A stretch of 55,196 nucleotides of DNA, counting the filler, from Sluysia triapertura (taxonomy: Eukaryota): NCBI GenBank assembly GCA_046118255.1. It is 4 parts of 4 records of this genome, joined end to end, with 100 filler letters (N's around TTAATTAATTAA, not from the genome) between each part and the next. Parts side by side here need not be neighbours in the genome. Positions count along the whole stretch, not along the records: positions 42,530 to 55,196 come from JBJNIA010091345.1; 3 more parts are not named here. One strand, 5' to 3'. Within the stretch, counting starts at the first letter, position 1. The number at the start of each line of letters is the position of its first letter. This document shows positions 48,541-55,196 of this stretch, one piece after another. A program made the position numbers and the translations under genes. The notes under the pieces were generated by a model. It was not told the origin of the DNA, ran no database searches, and saw only the letters and a program-made list of their open reading frames with translations.

Positions 48541-49629
48541 GTTAGATTATTTTATTTTATATTTAATCCATAAAACTGAATTGTTTGAAATTCAAATAAG
48601 GCAGTACTTAATTATTAATATTTCAAAATATTGTTAACTGATTTTATTAATATTCGACTTGTACAATTTCAAGCTAGAAATTATTATTATTAATAAAGTC
48701 AATCTAAATCCCTAATTTAAATGCAAAACAAGAATACTTAAACTGTTGCTTCCAATTAACTTATTGCAAAATAGTTTAAATGTAAGTTCGACTACAATAC
48801 ACGACTCAAAAAGTTTTGTAGAAGCTTCTGTAGCTATGTAATAATCAAAATTAACTAACTCAGTGAAAGTTTTGTTCGTTTACGTGCAATTATTGTAATT
48901 TCTTAATAAACTTTATCTTCTCGAAATATATATTGTCTAAATAAATTAATAATAAATAAATAAACAATACTTTTATAAATTAATAAATTAATACAAATAA
49001 CACAAACAATTCTTTAGAGAATCTAAATAAAAAGAGAATCCAGTAATAAAAATTAATTTTCTATTAAAGTTCTTTAACTTTAATCTTTGGATTTTAAAAA
49101 ATAAGTTTTAGCTTCATTTAATCCGGTGATAAAAAGTGAATGTAATATTAAGTGGATTTTATGATTTAATTATGAAATCGAAACTTATATTAAACAAACC
49201 AACTTTGATATATCATATCAGAAATAAAAAAATTTAAGTAAATTAATGATCAAATTGCATAAACTCATTAACATTTTGGGGTTCTATTGCATTTTCATTG
49301 AATTCTTTACAGATCCTATTTAATTCCAACGAAAACACAAAATTTTCACAATTAAAAGCCTGACTCAAGAAAAACATACTCAAATCGAATTTAAATTTAA
49401 ATTATTAATTTAATTACGTTTATGTTACATCCTTAGTTGGATTGCGGACATTTCCTATCAGCTACATCGACAGAGGACCGCAAATGGTTAAATTGTGTAC
49501 AAATCCAATTGTATTAAAATCCAATTAGTAAGAAAAATAAAAATACCATCATTAAATTCATTTTTTATTTTTCATTTTTATATTATTGTATAACAATGAT
49601 ATAACTTATTTTTTAAATAATAATTTCAG

Positions 49630-49749
49630 GTAAGTGAATGGAGTACATGGTCACTTTGTGTTAAAAGTTGCGAAGGAGGTCTTACCTATCGAACCAGAAC
49701 TGTAACAGTAACACCAATATGTCGAGGAACACCATGTCCTGAATTGAGG
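49630..49749 (+). CDS. Next exon (120 nt, phase 0-0), TSP1 repeat
   Basis: TTTCAG|VSEWSTWSLCVKSCEGGLTYRTRTVTVTPICRGTPCPELR|GTAAGA. Not in the ORF track. Confidence 0.92.
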
Positions 49750-50748
49750 GTAAGATTTATATCCATATACTTTCTTTTACTAAATGTGGCAAGTTTATTA
49801 TTATTTATGTTTAACTCAATATAATATATTTTAATCTCACAATGGATACAGGAAGCTCCACATAACAAGACAAGTATTTCAAACATCTACGATGATTGTT
49901 TTGTTTATGATAGCCGAATGCGAGTGTAACATAGAAAGAAAATAAATACAAACACAAGATTTTAGATACATTCAGTAAAAATAATGTTCATTTGGTTCAT
50001 GCACTTCTCCTACTGGGATATAAAATTTTCTATATTTTTAGAATAAGAATCTTTCAGTTATTAATTCGGAAGAATTTTCAACATTTTAAGAACATATAAG
50101 GTCACTCTAACTATATGATCAATGTTTTGTTTCGGCTAGTTCTATAATGGGGTGGTACAATTACCAATAATGTTTGTAATGTTCAGCGTTTGCGGTTTGC
50201 TATTTTCCCAGCAAACTAAGTAGTATACAGCCACATTGGTTTCAAATAAATAGTGTAGTTCTTTTATAATTTTTTGACATTCCGGAATATTTCCATTCAT
50301 GAGAGTCTCTTCTATTCTCAGGTAAATGTAAATTTATGCAGATTTATTTTTAGTAAGTAAATAGCACAATAAATCATTATCATATTAATTCCGATAATGA
50401 TGATGCATTTAATGTAGGCGAAACACATCTAAAATAATTTTCCACATCCAAATGACCGAAGTAGCTAATGAACGTATCCAACCGCAATATATAACTCTGC
50501 CGATATATCTCTTTTCGATATTCTACTATTTTTCCTTCTATTGATTCCAAAGATCACTTGGTATGTATCAACCTAATATCCATTCCATTTTTAAATTCTT
50601 TACTTTCATGCGATGGGAATTCATTTTCATATTTTATAGTTTAATTCTTTGAATATTTATTTTCCTTTCTTTTCTTGCAGTACAAAAAGATCTGTATCCA
50701 ACTTTATTTATATTGTTGTAAATTTTCCTTAAATAAAAATTATATATT

Positions 50749-50890
50749 TATCCCTCGTTTTACATGGTTCAAAAAATTTAAAATTTGTTTTTTTATCATA
50801 GGCAGTTTATTTTCAGTATTTAATTTAAAATTTTTTTAACCGCGTAAAATCGAAAACGTGTAAAATAAAGACTGTGTAAAACGAGGGATA
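50749..50890. mobile_element. pogo/Tigger-like MITE inside an intron
   Basis: 16-bp perfect inverted repeat TATCCCTCGTTTTACA/TGTAAAACGAGGGATA, with subterminal GTAAAA repeats. Confidence 0.7.
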
Positions 50891-53800
50891 TGATTTATTA
50901 TTACAGCAAAACTTTTATTTTGTTAATTTAGATATAATTATATAGCTTGTCACAAGGTATTTGTCATATTTTAATTCCACGTAAAGAAACAGGTTCTCAA
51001 TTTTTTTTCTTACTTTCATAAATAACGATTTTATTCCACATGTAAAATGATTCTATCTTAATTAAATAATAATTAAATTAAAATAATATTCCATCAAAAT
51101 AACATTTTAAATTACTAAAACATGAACACATTTTTGGAAAATAAAAGAAACTGAGATTACAAAAACCAAATATAATTAAACATTATTGTCATTGTTTTCT
51201 AGTCCGTGCATTAATTGATTCATAGATTTGTAATATAAATCTTTAAGAAAGTTGTTATAGGTTATATAATTTTGGTTTATTATGGCCACATTAAATCAAT
51301 ATTCGGTTAATTTTGATACCAAAACAATAACAATAATATAATTAATTTATTACTAAGAAATACCTATTTAAATTAAATATCTTTAGAATTTATATGTTAT
51401 TATTTAATGCCTAAAATGCTTTTAGATGTATTTATCTTTATTATTCTTTCTTTAATAATGTTTTATATATTATATTTTTTAATTTGTTTTATTTTTATTT
51501 TATTTAATATAAAATCTCTAGACACCTATTCAATATTTATATTTACAATCCTAACGAAATCCTTTTTTTTGATTTTGGATGCGAAGAAGGCGTTCTTGGT
51601 CCTGCTTATTCAAAAGTTTATGATTAAAACTTTTTCTAAGGCTTTTAGCCAAATGTAGATTATTAGTATATTAAGATTTTGATCCTCAATAAATCGGGCG
51701 TAAATGAAATAGAAGATTTTGACTTGTATTTTAATCTTTACATTGTGATTTTGCAAAAACAATCATTAATAAACTTATTTATGCTGTTTTTTCCTATGAA
51801 CTTTATTGCAGAATAGTTAAAATATAGGTCCATCTTTAAGTAGGTCATTCTACAGCTATGCGATAATAAAATTAACTATTGCGGTGAGACGTCTTTATTT
51901 TATACTTAATAAAATTGTAAATGTGTTCTCTTAACGTTTGATGAGATTTGTCCACAAATATCTAAAAAATTAGAAAACAAAAAAAACATAAATAAACAAA
52001 TATAAAGTATACAATGTAAACAAAGTTATATAGTTATTAATCACATAATATTATGGATGTCAAAAGTGACATGTGATATGAACACTGATGAAGACATAAC
52101 ATTACACTGCCATGAAAATTGAAGTGTTTCTGCTAACAAAAATCTAATTTAAAAATAGTCTTAAATTTAGAGTTGGCCCATGGTAAATGACGCAACTACA
52201 GAATTTTCGTGCACTATGTAATTAATTCTATTCAGCTTATGTCAAGTTGAGAGAGTTTTCTCTTTTTGCGTATCTGTTTTCTTAATACTTCTTTAATCCT
52301 TAATTATCTCTAAAATGCATTCTTAATACTAAATAAATATCCAATTATTTTACGACTAATAATTTCGGTTGGTTATTCTCTAGTTCTCTATATTATAAAT
52401 AATTTATGAATATCTATAACTATTCAGGAATCTCATATGCATATTACAATTTCAAAAATAATTCTGCTCTGTTTGTACTACAATTACGTTAGCAATTTCT
52501 GAATACGAATCAATTAAATTTATTATTCCACCGAAATCGTAAATATCTTAATTAATGAAACACTCAGAATTTCAATGACATATACAAATATGAAGGTTTA
52601 TTGAATAACGAATAATAATTTTACACAAAAATTATTCACATAAAATAAATAAATACAAGTTATAACTATAAGGTTTCGGCCTTATTGTTTAAAGTTTTTA
52701 AGATTTTGTCACTAGCGTAAAACAAGTCTGATTTTAACATCAGATTTCATATCTTATGTTAAAGAAAAGGAAAATTTCCTAATAATAACAAACGATATCT
52801 TTAATAAAGTACCATAAAAATTATCTTCAATGCTGATGAATATTGTCTTAACGAAAGATTGAATCACGAATAAAATCATAAGAATCGATATAGTAACAAA
52901 GAATTAATTCATTTTCCGATACCGACTAATAATATCATAATGTGTGACTAAGTCACGAATAGAGTTACCAAAAATATCAAACCAAATCACCTTATCGAGT
53001 TTCCACACGATAAATAAGCACGCTAATCTCGTAATACCCGAATTGGTAATAATACATCAATTAAAGATCTCGTTAAAATGTCACTACTTGTACTTTTTGC
53101 TACACACTAACAACATTCATTAAAATCATATGTTACTACTCTTAACGAATATTTTATTATTAACATAGAAATTTTAGCGCCCTAAATTCAACTGTTACCT
53201 TTTATTCCTTTAATAATCCATAAAAATGACAAAATATTTACAATTTTCTTTTTTATTTCAACATTTGAAATTTTCTTAAATTTATTATTTTTTATTTTCA
53301 TATTAAAATATTGAACGCCTTCTGTTAAAGTTCATATTTTTTCTACAGATATTATAAAGAACGTATTTTTTAATATTAGTAGTAAGAAAAACTAATGAGG
53401 ATAAGAAATAATCGATTTTATAATTAAAGTTTTATACTAATGAAATTTTATGTTGATGAATTTTACTAATGAAATTTTCACTTCATTAAATCAGTGATAG
53501 GAAAAAATTGGTTTTAGTGGATTTTTTTAAAACTAATTATTATAAATTAAGAAAACGGATCTTAACGATAACAATTCTAAGAATCAGCAATTGAAAAAAT
53601 TTTTATTGAGAACTCCACCAAATTGTAAATATTTTACAAATAACACTACTGGGAAATTATCAAATTTCGATCTTTTGTTTTAAAATAATAATTCTTTGAA
53701 CATTTTTATTTAAATATTGTTACTATTACTTTTCAATATTGTGTTATACTATTTGATATTATTATGACAATTTTAAGTAGTGGTAAGAAATAGGATACAA

Positions 53801-54222
53801 AATTCTAATCCTAGTGTCGTATTTACTTGATCATTCTCCTACGGATTCGCCTTTTCAAACATGACGTTTATATCCTGTAAAATAGTAGTACTTGAATCAA
53901 GTTGATCTTGAAAAAGATTGTCGGAACTTTGTCATTTTTTATTAATTTCAAATTTTTATTAAAATCAGCATTTGCTTTAGATGCTTTGAAAATAATTGTA
54001 ATTCTTAAAAACAAAATTCTTTTAAAACGACTTAGTATCAATTAAAAATTCATCGATTAATTGACAAATAATTTCAAAAAGAATTACACACAAGTTTTGC
54101 TAATAAGATATTAATGGTGCGTTAAAAATTTCAAATACTCAAATTATAAACTTTTAAAAAATGGGTAATAATTTTTTTATAATTACGTTTAATAAATAAT
54201 AAAATAATATAATATATTTCAG

Positions 54223-54417
54223 GAATCGAACACATGTAATGAATTATGCGAGCAAAACTGTAATAATGCTACTTGTAGTTGTTTTCCGGGATACAAATTA
54301 TTACCAAATCAAATTCATTGTATGCGGATTTTATGTCTATCTTTACCAAATAATAATTATAATCCTGCTGGTTTAATACGTTACATTCATTATGATTATG
54401 TTAAATATGATTGTCCA
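54223..54417 (+). CDS. Next exon (195 nt): end of TSP1, an EGF-like module and the start of a sushi/CCP domain
   Basis: TTTCAG|ESNTCNELCEQNCNNATCSCFPGYKLLPNQIHCMRILCLSLP..KYDCP|GTTAGT. Confidence 0.85.
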
Positions 54418-54951
54418 GTTAGTAAATTAAATATTTCATTAATTTCCATAAAGTCTATTATGCAGGAACTTGGTTAATAGTGAATTATTAATAGTATATT
54501 ATGAATTACTTAATAAACTAAAATTATTTTTAATACTAACAATTTATTATAAATGAACACTGCATAGAATAGATTTGACAGTACAAAGATAATACAAAAG
54601 GGAACATTAGATTAATAGTTAGGTTTCAGAGCTCAATTAGTAAAACGACTATAGAGAATAAATTTTGAGTAATCTATACAAAATGAATTAACAATTATAG
54701 AGATATAAAGTTAAAACTTACAATAACTATAATTACTATAAAAGTGGCAAGTTTTACGAGAGAGAAGTTATATACAGTTTATTCTTTATTCACAGTTGAA
54801 AATTTTACATTACTATAAAAATGTTTTACATTATCAGTAAAGGAAATATAAAGAATAAATTATGAGAAAAATTAAGATTCGAAATTAACTAATATAAAGT
54901 TCTAAGTTTATTTTTACAATATTATTGATTTATTTGTTATAATAAATTCAG

Positions 54952-55104
54952 AATATAATAGGATCTGGTTCGAATTGCACGGTGAAGTGCACAAAATATG
55001 GTTGGGTAGTACGTGGTGAAGTTGGAAATTACACTTGTCAAGAAACTGGAGATTTTAATTACCTTAAAATGTATTGTGCGGCTCCAAATTATCCACCTAC
55101 TGAT
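54952..55104 (+). CDS. Next exon (153 nt): rest of the sushi/CCP domain, then NxPPTD (possible start of a cadherin-like domain)
   Basis: ATTCAG|NIIGSGSNCTVKCTKYGWVVRGEVGNYTCQETGDFNYLKMYCAAPNYPPTD|GTTTGT. Phase 0, matching the previous exon. Confidence 0.85.
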
Positions 55105-55196
55105 GTTTGTATTGTTTAAGATTCGTTTTTTCTTAACATTCATATGCTAAATTTAATTTTATTATGGAAATTTAAATATTAAAATAAAAATGCTTA

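Noticed and set aside
50396-50428. Hammerhead-like ATGATGATGC...GGCGAAAC (also CTGATGAAGAC at ~52085)
   Set aside because: Core positions are altered or incomplete, and I could not build stems I and III.
51407-51658. LDAKKAF resembling a non-LTR RT motif
   Set aside because: Single short motif in a low-complexity ORF with no flanking RT motifs.
52815-52850. IFNADE resembling a pogo DDE motif
   Set aside because: Isolated; surrounding frames and TIRs do not support it.
54937-55143. Minus-strand 68-aa ORF
   Set aside because: Antisense to the sushi-domain exon 54952-55104. ORFs 48213-48410 and 49686-49886 are likewise antisense to TSP1 exons.

Overview
Very AT-rich eukaryotic DNA, most likely animal. 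It is four contigs (1-18129, 18230-29869, 29970-42429, 42530-55196) joined by artificial 100-nt linkers (44 N + TTAATTAATTAA + 44 N), so nothing should be treated as linked across a gap. Two apparently intact genes are visible: PSMD12/Rpn5 (minus strand, 3 exons, 33- and 31-nt introns) and four internal exons of an extracellular TSP1-TSP1-EGF-sushi(-cadherin-like) protein with long introns. The rest is mobile DNA and decayed genes: a Tigger/pogo derivative, hAT and piggyBac-like ends, MITEs, solo-LTR-like pieces, an LTR-retroelement pol relic, and internally deleted fragments of SCYL2, TRMU/mnmA and a CCCH zinc finger. Three candidates stand out. (1) A dispersed ~2.5-3 kb unit on two contigs, plus a third partial copy, with a defined TGTAGTGGYCAAC terminus, a strand-skewed tract, a double hairpin with compensatory substitutions, and an unrecognised protein family (SQGN...TxW...CYF). 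(2) A ~170-bp TGTTG...CAACA LTR-like repeat carrying an internal tRNA-like cassette. (3) A second shared scaffold of orphan hydrophobic ORFs ending in a conserved 22-nt motif. All homologies were judged by eye; no database searches were run.
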